Source of the DNA: a bacterium
Lineage (GTDB): Bacteria; Patescibacteriota; Gracilibacteria; UBA1369; GCA-2718715
Direction: 5' to 3'
Length of the DNA stretch: 64,000 bases
Assembly: GCA_002718715.1 (NCBI GenBank)
Contig: PBFJ01000014.1
Location: forward strand, 12,447-76,446
A model generated the notes under the pieces. It saw nothing but the letters and a program-made list of their open reading frames with translations, was not told the DNA's origin and did no database searches. Both the position numbers and the translations under genes were made by a program. The number at the start of each line of letters is the position of its first letter. Position 1 is the stretch's first letter. This document shows, piece by piece, positions 1-9,100 of this stretch.

Positions 1-19
1 TGCAAATTTTTACTAAAAA

Positions 20-28
20 TGTTATAAT
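20..28 (+). promoter_or_regulatory. Extended -10 element (TGtTATAAT) for the 50-418 / 424-2595 unit
   Basis: tgttataat at 20-28, 21 nt before the ATG at 50. A -35 would fall at the window edge (tgcaaa, 1-6) and cannot be judged. Confidence 0.4.
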
Positions 29-49
29 TAAAGGAATTTAACCCATACA

Positions 50-418
50 ATGAAGTCTAGAGTTGAAATGCAACAGTTTTTGATTTCAGAAGTTCAGAAG
101 CAATTTGAAGCCCAAAAAATTTCGGTGGTAGAATTGGCTGAGATTTTGTATATGATTTCAAAAGCCGATGATTCGGAAGAATTTGTGCTGATTTTGGATT
201 TGTTTAAGGATAAATTTGATGTGTTTTTTGCTATCCTAGATAGCTTGAAAATTGAAGATCAAGAAACTTTTGAAGAAGTGATTACAAAAATCATTCCTTT
301 GATTATAAAAGATGATCCCCTTTTGGCATCCCAAGTTTCTAGCCGAGCTACCCAAAGCGGGGTTACAATGGAATCATTAGTAAATGAATTCCCGAACATT
401 AAAAAATATTTAAATTAA
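50..418 (+). CDS. Hypothetical small acidic helical protein (122 aa), upstream partner of the 723-aa gene
   Basis: Intact ORF whose stop lies 5 nt before the next ATG (operonic). D/E-rich, no TM or signal peptide. No family recognised by eye. Confidence 0.65.
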   Translation: MKSRVEMQQFLISEVQKQFEAQKISVVELAEILYMISKADDSEEFVLILDLFKDKFDVFFAILDSLKIEDQETFEEVITKIIPLIIKDDPLLASQVSSRATQSGVTMESLVNEFPNIKKYLN

Positions 419-423
419 TTATT

Positions 424-2595
424 ATGGTTAAAAATGCACAATTAGGATCAATGCTATCTGCAGAGCAGGAGAAAAGCTTAAAACAGCAAACAATTGGAGC
501 TGTTAAAACTGATTTAACTGATTCTCCAGAGCTTATTGGTAAAGTAGATAAAATGCTTTCGTATCTAAGCACAAAAACAAATAGAGATAAGGAATCAGTT
601 TTGAGAACCACAGATAATGAAAAGATGGAAAGAGGTATGAGAACTGTAAAGTCTAAAACATCAAGTTTAGGGGATGGTCAAGATGAATATGAAAAATTAA
701 GTGGTGCTGACTCGCCTTTTACAAATCTTGTTGGAATATTAAGTGGTTTTGCTAAAGAAAACTTTGAAGGTGATGCATCTGAAGCTGCAAAAAAAAGATT
801 GTTTAATTTTGTGGCTGCAGATATTGCAAAAGCTATTACTGAGCATATCGAAGATATCAAGAAAGACTTCAATGATAAAGTTAATGCCATAAATAATGAT
901 GATTTAAAAACTTTTCTTCAAGGTGACTTTTTAATAGGTAAAACTGAATTCGACCATAATGGTAAAACTTACAGCTTAACAAGATCGGAAGAGTTTGAAA
1001 AATTGTTTAGTAAATTTAAAATTACTGATACTGAAACTCAAGCGGTGATTGAAAAAATGGCGATTTTGTTAGATATGAAAGATGATTTCAATAGTAATAA
1101 CGGGGTTATTAGGTTTAATTCAAGTGAAATCATGACTCTTGAGGAAAGAAGAGAGAGATACATTGTGGAAGATGGAGTTTTATATGACATCAATGTTAAA
1201 AATGATTTAAGTGTAGAAAAGGCTGATGTAATAAACCTTCAAAGTGAAGAATATGCTGATTTAGTAAGTGACTTTGCTAATGGCAAATTAAGCTTGGCAT
1301 CAAATCCTAATTTAAAAGGTTTTTTAGATGATCAAGTTGATGCAATTCGACAAAGTCAAGAATTTAAAAATGTAATTAATTACAAATTTGAATCAAAGGA
1401 TAGTTATACTGTAAATAAAAATAATTTTTTAAAGAAAGTTTCTGACAGTATTAATGCGTTATCTAGTGCTACTGAAACTAAGGATAAGGCAGCTTATGCT
1501 TTGATATGTAAAAAATTTAATATAAAGCCAGATGAAAAAGAGGCAAAAGAAGAGCTTTCAAAAAAAATTCAAGATTATTATTTAAGTGTTGTGGTGCCAT
1601 ATGATGAAGAGGCTGAAACAGACGATGTGCAGGGGCACTTGGATAAATTTTTAAAAAAAGGAAATAAATTTACAACTTTTTTATTTGAAGGTTCAAAGAA
1701 AGAAGAACAAAATCACTTAATAAGTTATTTAGAAGCTAAGCAAAATCAGATTCGACATAAACTTGCAAAAAAGTATGCCGATTTAGATTTAAGTGAACCG
1801 AAAAATTTTAATAATTTTAGAAATGAACTGATGGATGAGATCATTGCTGCTAGAACTGAAGTTTATCAAAGAAAAGAAGAGATGATGAAAGATAATTTTG
1901 CGTTAAAATACACGAAAATGTTTTTCAAAAACAAATGGATTCAAAGAACTATGTTTGCCGGAGCAGCTTTTGCTAGTTTGCCAGCTTTAGCAAGTATTGG
2001 TGTAGCTGCCGCTACTGGTGGAGGTGTGGCTGCGGCTACTGGTATTTGGGGGGCAGCAAATTCGGCTTATGCAGCTTCTACTGGTATTATTGGAACAACT
2101 TCAGCACTTGGTTTACTTGGAACAGGAGGTGTTGCTGGTGGGATCGCTGGTGGAATACTTTCTAAACTCTCTAGTTTTGGGGCTGATAAGTATAAAAAGA
2201 ATAAATTAATCTGGGGTAAAAAAAGACCATCTGCAATGATTGGTAGCGATTTAAGAAAATCGTTAATGTCTAAGATTACTTATAATCCAAATGGAGATTT
2301 TGAAACTGTTATTGGACATGCTTTTTCGGAAACACAAGATTTACTTTCAGATGAAATGATGGAAATTAAGTATGCTAAAAGTATTCCGGGTAAAATTGTC
2401 AGTGAAAACGTTTTAATTCCTTTTATGAAAAGTAAATTTATTAAGACTATGTTGCCTACGTTTGGTTGTACAGCAATGCTGGGAGCTGGTGCGGCTGCCT
2501 TGCCAGCTGCTGTTGCACTTGGTGGAATTATGCAAGCTAAGAAAACTCTATTTGGGGGCGATGATCAAAATTCTTCTCAACCTATTCCAGTTTAA
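424..2595 (+). CDS. Hypothetical large protein (723 aa) with Gly/Ala-zipper membrane segments
   Basis: Long ORF. The K/E/D-rich N-terminal ~500 aa have no signal peptide. They are followed by FAGAAFASLPALASIGVAAATGGGVAAATGIWGAANSAYAASTGIIGTTSALGLLGTGGVAGGIAGGIL (nt ~1951-2160) and a C-terminal GCTAMLGAGAAALPAAVALGGIM. Confidence 0.85.
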   Translation: MVKNAQLGSMLSAEQEKSLKQQTIGAVKTDLTDSPELIGKVDKMLSYLSTKTNRDKESVLRTTDNEKMERGMRTVKSKTSSLGDGQDEYEKLSGADSPFTNLVGILSGFAKENFEGDASEAAKKRLFNFVAADIAKAITEHIEDIKKDFNDKVNAINNDDLKTFLQGDFLIGKTEFDHNGKTYSLTRSEEFEKLFSKFKITDTETQAVIEKMAILLDMKDDFNSNNGVIRFNSSEIMTLEERRERYIVEDGVLYDINVKNDLSVEKADVINLQSEEYADLVSDFANGKLSLASNPNLKGFLDDQVDAIRQSQEFKNVINYKFESKDSYTVNKNNFLKKVSDSINALSSATETKDKAAYALICKKFNIKPDEKEAKEELSKKIQDYYLSVVVPYDEEAETDDVQGHLDKFLKKGNKFTTFLFEGSKKEEQNHLISYLEAKQNQIRHKLAKKYADLDLSEPKNFNNFRNELMDEIIAARTEVYQRKEEMMKDNFALKYTKMFFKNKWIQRTMFAGAAFASLPALASIGVAAATGGGVAAATGIWGAANSAYAASTGIIGTTSALGLLGTGGVAGGIAGGILSKLSSFGADKYKKNKLIWGKKRPSAMIGSDLRKSLMSKITYNPNGDFETVIGHAFSETQDLLSDEMMEIKYAKSIPGKIVSENVLIPFMKSKFIKTMLPTFGCTAMLGAGAAALPAAVALGGIMQAKKTLFGGDDQNSSQPIPV

Positions 2596-2652
2596 AAAAA
2601 TTATTTTTTTAAGCTATAATAAATATAACTATAATAATTTAACCTTTAATAT

Positions 2653-3024
2653 ATGAATCAAGAAAATACAAATTTAACTCCTTTATTGAAAGAAATTTAT
2701 CAAAATCTATTTCAAGAATTAGGTGTAGATGAAATGGGTGAGGATGTAAAAGATAAAGTAACAGATACCCTTGAAAAACTTGCAATGAGTAAGTTTAAAC
2801 TAGTGATTTTGGAACTTTTTGCAGATAAACCAGAAGTAATCCAAGCTTTAACAGAAGTTTCAGATATGAAAGCTTTAGAGGAACTTTCAAGTCAATATGA
2901 TTTTAATCCTCAAGCTTTAATGAATGCTTGCTTTAATGAAGCTAAGTTGGAACTTGCAAAAGACATTGCTTTTATTCAAGGTAGCTTGTCGGCTCTTAAA
3001 AAAGAAGTTGGAGCTGATGAATAA
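2653..3024 (+). CDS. Hypothetical small acidic helical protein (123 aa)
   Basis: Intact ORF with TATAAT hexamers at 2615-2620 and 2630-2635 upstream and a strong terminator downstream. No TM or signal peptide. No family recognised. Confidence 0.6.
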   Translation: MNQENTNLTPLLKEIYQNLFQELGVDEMGEDVKDKVTDTLEKLAMSKFKLVILELFADKPEVIQALTEVSDMKALEELSSQYDFNPQALMNACFNEAKLELAKDIAFIQGSLSALKKEVGADE

Positions 3025-3055
3025 ATAAGTTCTTATATTTACTAAGATATATCTT

Positions 3056-3086
3056 AAAAGCCAAGACATAAAGTCTTGGCTTTTTT
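3056..3086. terminator. Bidirectional rho-independent terminator between convergent genes
   Basis: aaaagccaagac-ataaa-gtcttggctttttt: 8-bp GC-containing stem (3060-3067 / 3073-3080) flanked by an A-run and a T-run. Confidence 0.8.
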
Positions 3087-3137
3087 AGTTTATAATTACC
3101 ACTTTACCCGCAGTACTTAGACCAGCTTTGATACGGC

Positions 3138-6100
3138 TTAATCTTCTGATTTTACAATGGAGTATAAAGTTCCTCCTCCTTCTTTATTTTCGGTGATTTT
3201 ATAGCCATCTGGAAGATTGTCTTCAGCAGGTGCTCCTGTTAAATTAGTTAATTTCGTCTTATCATCTAAAATAGCTCCGCTTAAATTAGCTCCTGCTAAA
3301 TTGGCTCCGTAAAATTTGGCTCCTGTTAAATCTACTCCTTTTAAATCGGCTCCTTTTAAATCTGCTCCTTCTAAATTTAAGTTTGGACCTATTATGGTGT
3401 AATAAAATATTCCGTTAATTCTTCGCCTCCCCCCCCAGTAGACTTCTGGAACGTTTTTGGGTCTACCTATAAAATTTACTAGTCTTGTATGTTCTAACTT
3501 AGTGTTAGTTAGATCAACACCTTCTAAGTTGGCTCCTGTTAAATCTACTCCTTTTAAATCGGCTCCTTCTAAAATGGCTCCTTCTAACTTGGCTCCTTCT
3601 AAAATGGCTCCTTCTAACTTGGCTCCGCTTAAATTGGCTCCGCTTAAATTAGCTCTGTATAACCTGGCTCTTTCTAAAATGGCTCCTTCTAACTTGGCTT
3701 CGCTTAAATCCGCTCTGTGTAACCTGGCTCTTTCTAAAATGGCTCCTTTTAAGATGGCTCCTTCTAAGTTGGCTCTGTAAAACCTGGCTCCTTCTAAATT
3801 GGCTCCGCTTAAATTGGCTCCTTTTAGGTTGCATCTTTCTAAAATGGCTCCTTCTAACTTGGCTCCGCTTAAATTGGCTCCGCTTAAATTGGATCCTTCT
3901 AAATTGACTCCTTCTAAATTGGCTCCGCTTAAATTGGCTCCTTTTAAAACAAGATACGGGCCTACTATTGTATAAAGTTTTTTACCATCTACTTCTCTTT
4001 CAATAACTTGATATCCTTCTGGAATGTTTTTGGGTGGAGCTATTAAATCTACTAGTCTTGTAAGTTCTAACTTAGTGTTACTTAGATCAACACCTTCTAA
4101 GTTGGCTCCTTCTAAATTGACTCCTTCTAAATTGGCTCCTTCTAACTTAACACCTCTTAAATCTGCTCCTGCTAAATCTGATTGTGATAGATTAGAATTT
4201 CTTAAATCAGAGTTTGTAAAATTAGCTTCTCTCAATAAATTTTTACTTAGATCTGTATGGTTTAGTAATGAGTTTGAAAAATCAGTATCTTTTAAAGACA
4301 AATAGCTCATAACTAAATTTCTCAGATCTAAATTAGTTAAATTTTTACCTTGGAATGCACTTACATTAACTTCACCAATTAATTTGATATTTTCAGTTAA
4401 TTGATTAGGTTTTTTCTTTGATATTATTGGAAGTAGTGGTTTTTTAAAAGATTGAAGCTTTTCTATAATTTCACCTGATCTATCGTCATCTTGGGATTCA
4501 TTTGATTTAGTTTCTAAATCGATCCAGATTTCTTGAGCTGCAGAGTATAAATCATATAAATCACTTTGATTTTCTTGAGATGGAGATTCATTAAGTGAAT
4601 TTGGAGGTGAATCCTGCTGCTGGATTTGTCTTTCTATTTCAACAGATTCTGAATTTTCCTTTGGTATTTGATCTGTATTTACTTCTTGTGATTGAGGTTC
4701 TGGTGGTACAGATGCTGGTTGAAGATTTACATTTTCTTGATTTAAATCTAATGGAATATCTTGGATTTGAGATGGCTGAGGTTGCTCAATAACTTCTTCA
4801 CCTGATCCTTCTGGAACGCTTTCTGCTTGTGAATCTGTTTCTAGCACTTGAGGTTCTACATATGTTGAAGGAGTTTGGGTTTCTTTTGTTGTATTTAAAT
4901 TTTGATTTTGATCTATATCTAAGGGTTGATCTTGTGTTTGTTGATCTTGAGATTCAGTTAATTGAATATTAAAAGTTCCATCTTTATTCGATTGAATTTC
5001 GTAACCTTCTGGTAGCTTATCTTTATCAGGAACTCCTGTTAAATTAGTTAATTTCGTCTTATCATCTAAAATAGCTCCGCTTAAATTAGCTCCTGCTAAA
5101 TTGGCTCCGTAAAATTTGGCTCCTTTTAAATCTACTCCTTTTAAATCGGCTCCTTTTAAATCTGCTCCGGTTAAAATTAACTTTGGGCCTACTATTGTAT
5201 AAAGTTTTTTACCATCTACTTCTCTTTCAATAACTTGATATCCTTCTGGAAGGGTCTCTTTAATTGGTACTCCTGTTAAATCTACTAAGGTGGCAAAGTC
5301 TAAATACGCTCCGCTTAAATCGGCTCCTCTTAAATCGGCTCCTCTTAAAATAGCAAATAATAACGTCGATCCTCTTAAATTAGCTCCTTGCAATTTGGCT
5401 CCTTTCAAATTGGCTCCTGATAAATCCGCTCCTGATAAATCCGATCCTGACAAATCCGATCCTTCTAAATTGGTTTGGAATAAACGTACTCCTGGGCCTA
5501 TTATCGCATACAATGTCTTCTCTTTCTTCTCTTTTTTCTTGTATTCAATAACTTGATACCCTCTTGGAAGCTTTTCTTTATTTGGCGCTCCTTCTAAATC
5601 AAATAAACTAGCACGCTCTAACTTGGCTCCTTCTAATTTCGCTCCGCTTAAATCCGCTCCTTCTAAGTTCGCTCCTTCCATTTCTACATTTTGTAAGATT
5701 GCTCCTCTTAAATCGGCTCCTGATAAATCGGCATCTTTTAAATTGGCTCCATGAAATATGGCTCCTTGCAATTTGGCTTCTTGCAATTTGGCTCTGCTTA
5801 AATTGGCTCCATAAAATATGGCTCCTTGCAATTTGGCTTTTTGCAATTTGGCTCTGCTTAAATCTAAATTTGGGCCTACTATTGTATAAAGAGTCTTACC
5901 ATCTTCTGTTCTTTCAATAACTTGATATCCTTTTGGGATGTATTCCGGTATATATTCTGAATCTACAAATCTTTGTAATGGAGCTTTACTTGTTTTTAGA
6001 TTTTCTTCATTACTTATGGTTTCTATCTCAGTATTATTTTTAGATGTTTGAGCTTCATTAATAAGTTCTGGATCTTGTATTTCTGAAGCGTTTTCTGGGG

Positions 6101-9100
6101 TATTTACTTGATCTGGAGCCTCTTGTGTTTGTTGATCTTGAGATTCAGTTAATTGAATATTAAAAGTTCCATTACTATTTTCGTGAACTTTGTAACCATC
6201 TGGTAGTTTATCTTCTTCTGGAACTCCTATTAAGTTAACAAGTTTAGAATTTGTTAACTTGGCTCTTGTTAAATTGGCATTTGTTAAATCAGCTCCGGAC
6301 AAGTTAGCATTTGTTAAATCTGCTTCTTCTAACTTTGCTCCTGTTAAATTAGTATTTCTTAAATCAGCTCCTTCTAAATTAGCATTTGTTAAATCTGCTC
6401 CTTCTAATTTGGTATAGCTAAGAATTGCGTAGCTTAGATCTGAATTGCTAAAATTTGCATTTGTTAAATCCTGCTTTCTAAGATGTGCTCTCCTTAGATT
6501 TGCTTTTTCTGTAGCAGTTTTTTTAAATATATCTTTAATTTCATCATCTCTTAAGATCGGGGAAATATCGATATGATTATCATTATTGGATTCTAATGAT
6601 TCTGAAATCTCCAATGTTAGATTGGCTCCTTCTAGATTGGCTCCTTCTAAATTAGCATTTGTTAAATCTGCTCCTGCTAAATTAGCATTTCTTAAATCAG
6701 CTCCTGCTAAATTGGCACTTCTTAAATCAGCTCCCGCTAAATTGGCATTTCTTAAATCAGCGTATAACAAGCTGGTACCCTGTAAGTTGGCTCCTTTTAA
6801 ACTGGCATTTCTTAAATCAGCGTATAACAAGTTGGCTCCTCCTAAGTTTGCTTCCTCTAACTTAGCGAATATCAGATTACTTCTGGATAAGTTTGCTTGT
6901 CTTAAATCAGAATTTTCAAATTCTGCATAATATAAATCACATGAAGATACATTTGCCCCAATTAAAGATGTGTTTTTAAATTCGCAATTAGATAAGATTG
7001 AGCCTTCAAAATTGATATAATCTAAACCTAATTTATTGAATTCAACTGATTCTGCCTTGATATTTTCACAGTTTAAAGCTTTTCCTACAACTAAATAAAG
7101 TGATTGATGACCATCCGTACCTTCATTAATAGTAATTAAGGTATTGGGAGAGAGATCTAAATTAAGGCGTGGATCTGCATAAAAATAATTTCTAGAGCCA
7201 GTTAGGTTAAGACCTGGACCAATTAAAGTCTTATCAACACGGAAAAATCCATTTGGAATAGTACATCTATTATCAAACTCAGCGTTTGAAATTTTAGATC
7301 CAATAAAGTTTGAATTAGAAAGATTGCATTCTTCAAAAATTGCATTTTGAAAATCTATTGGTGAATTTTGAATTGCTATATTTCCTTTGAATGTAGGGTT
7401 ATCCTTAAATAAAATATCACTAGAGTTTATAATACTGGCATTTTCTACTGTTTTTAAAGATGGAAAATTAATATTGCTAGAGTTTATAATACTGGCATTT
7501 TCTACTGTTTCTAAATATGGAAAATTAATATTTGTTTTAGAGTTTTCAATATTTAATTTTTTCAAACTTTTAAGATTTTCTAAATCAAGAGTACAGCTTA
7601 AAGTAGCTTTTAAAATAAATGAATTTAAATGTTCATCTTTAAAAATTATAGTACCTTTAAAATCCCTGAAGGCTTCCTTGTTTTTAGCTACACTTGCGTA
7701 TGAAATATGAATATTTGAATATTTATTTATATTTTCATAATCAATAACTTCTGATTCAGCATCTATAATTGTATCATTTTGAGGTTCATCTTCTTCAAAT
7801 TGTAAGTTTCTTTCACCTAGAAGGGTAAAACTGTTTGGAAGGTCAATATTGAATTTATCTTTTAATAGTTTATGCGTAAGAAAATCTATATTAGTTGGTT
7901 CTGAGAATAATTTAAATAATTCGTTGACTCTTAGTAGTGCAAAATTATATTGAACTTGCTGATTTTCTTGAGTGTAGTCAATTGTACTAGAGATGATTTT
8001 ATGAAAATTAATATATTCTCGAAGAGTGATTGGATATTTGTGATACTTAATATATGAAATAATTAAAGGGTCTTCAAATATACTTTTACACACGTTGGTG
8101 TGAATTTGATCCTTAGAGAGTTGATTTATAGTTCCTAAATTAGGATGTTTTTGCAATAAGAAAAGTTGGTTTGTAAGAGAAAAATTTAAACCTTGTACAT
8201 TAAGAGTTCTTATAGATTTTGGAAGAGTATTCAGCAAATAGCTTGAAAGTAATTTTAGTTGTTCTTCAGACAAAGAGCTAGCCTCTAATTCTAAATCTTG
8301 AATATTTGTAAATTCTAGATTGAAAAAATTGCTTAAATTATCCTCTGTAAGGCTTAATTTTACCTGTCTTTCTTCGATTTTGTGTTTTGTATCAAGTTTA
8401 TGTAAAACACTTTGTAAATTAATTCCCATTATATTACTTCTGGTAAAAGATGTAGTATGATCCCCAACTACATTTATCTTTTCAAGTTTGGGGTTGTTGT
8501 AAAATATTAAGGCTGCTTGCGCATCAATTTCTTGGTCTGGTTTAATATTTAAGACCGAGTTTTTTATGCCTTTAATATTTGAAATGTCATCATTATGGAC
8601 TTCTAAAATCAAGTTGTCGAAAATCTGATGATTACGAAGGGGTAAATGCTTTAAAAAATGAGTTGAAATATTGTGAGGTAAAATTTCAGTCTTGTTAGGA
8701 TCTTTAATTTTATAACAAGAATGAAAGTGATAACGTAAATCAGGAATATTAAAAAATTGATCTACTAAATCTGCATTTGATTCGAAAACTTTAATCAATG
8801 TATTGAAATCATCGAAAGTTTGAAAGTATTCCATGAAGATATGGTTTGCTTCATAAGAAAAACCCGCGTATTTTTTACCATCTTTTTTATACTTTATGTT
8901 TACCTTTTCGGTAGGTCCAATGTATTTATGAGACGTAGTATTAAAAAAATCGAGCGGTTCAAATTCTTTTGGATGATTTACGTGAAGGTCGATTTCAGGA
9001 TAATTTTTAAGATATCCATGTAAGTATGACAAATCAATATTCACTAATTGGGGGATACCCTTTTTAAAGGTAATGTGCTTAGATCCATAAATTTTAGATT

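Noticed and set aside
3457-6930. Plus-strand ORFs 3457-3780, 4024-4305, 5290-5556, 5699-5920 and 6586-6930, and minus-strand ORF 3649-3834, all inside the giant gene (translations like APSKLAPSKMAPSNL).
   Set aside because: They are antisense or alternate-frame readings of the pentapeptide repeat. The 15-nt periodic, stop-poor repeat keeps several frames open, and all lie fully inside a 7.7-kb ORF with a clear protein-family signature.
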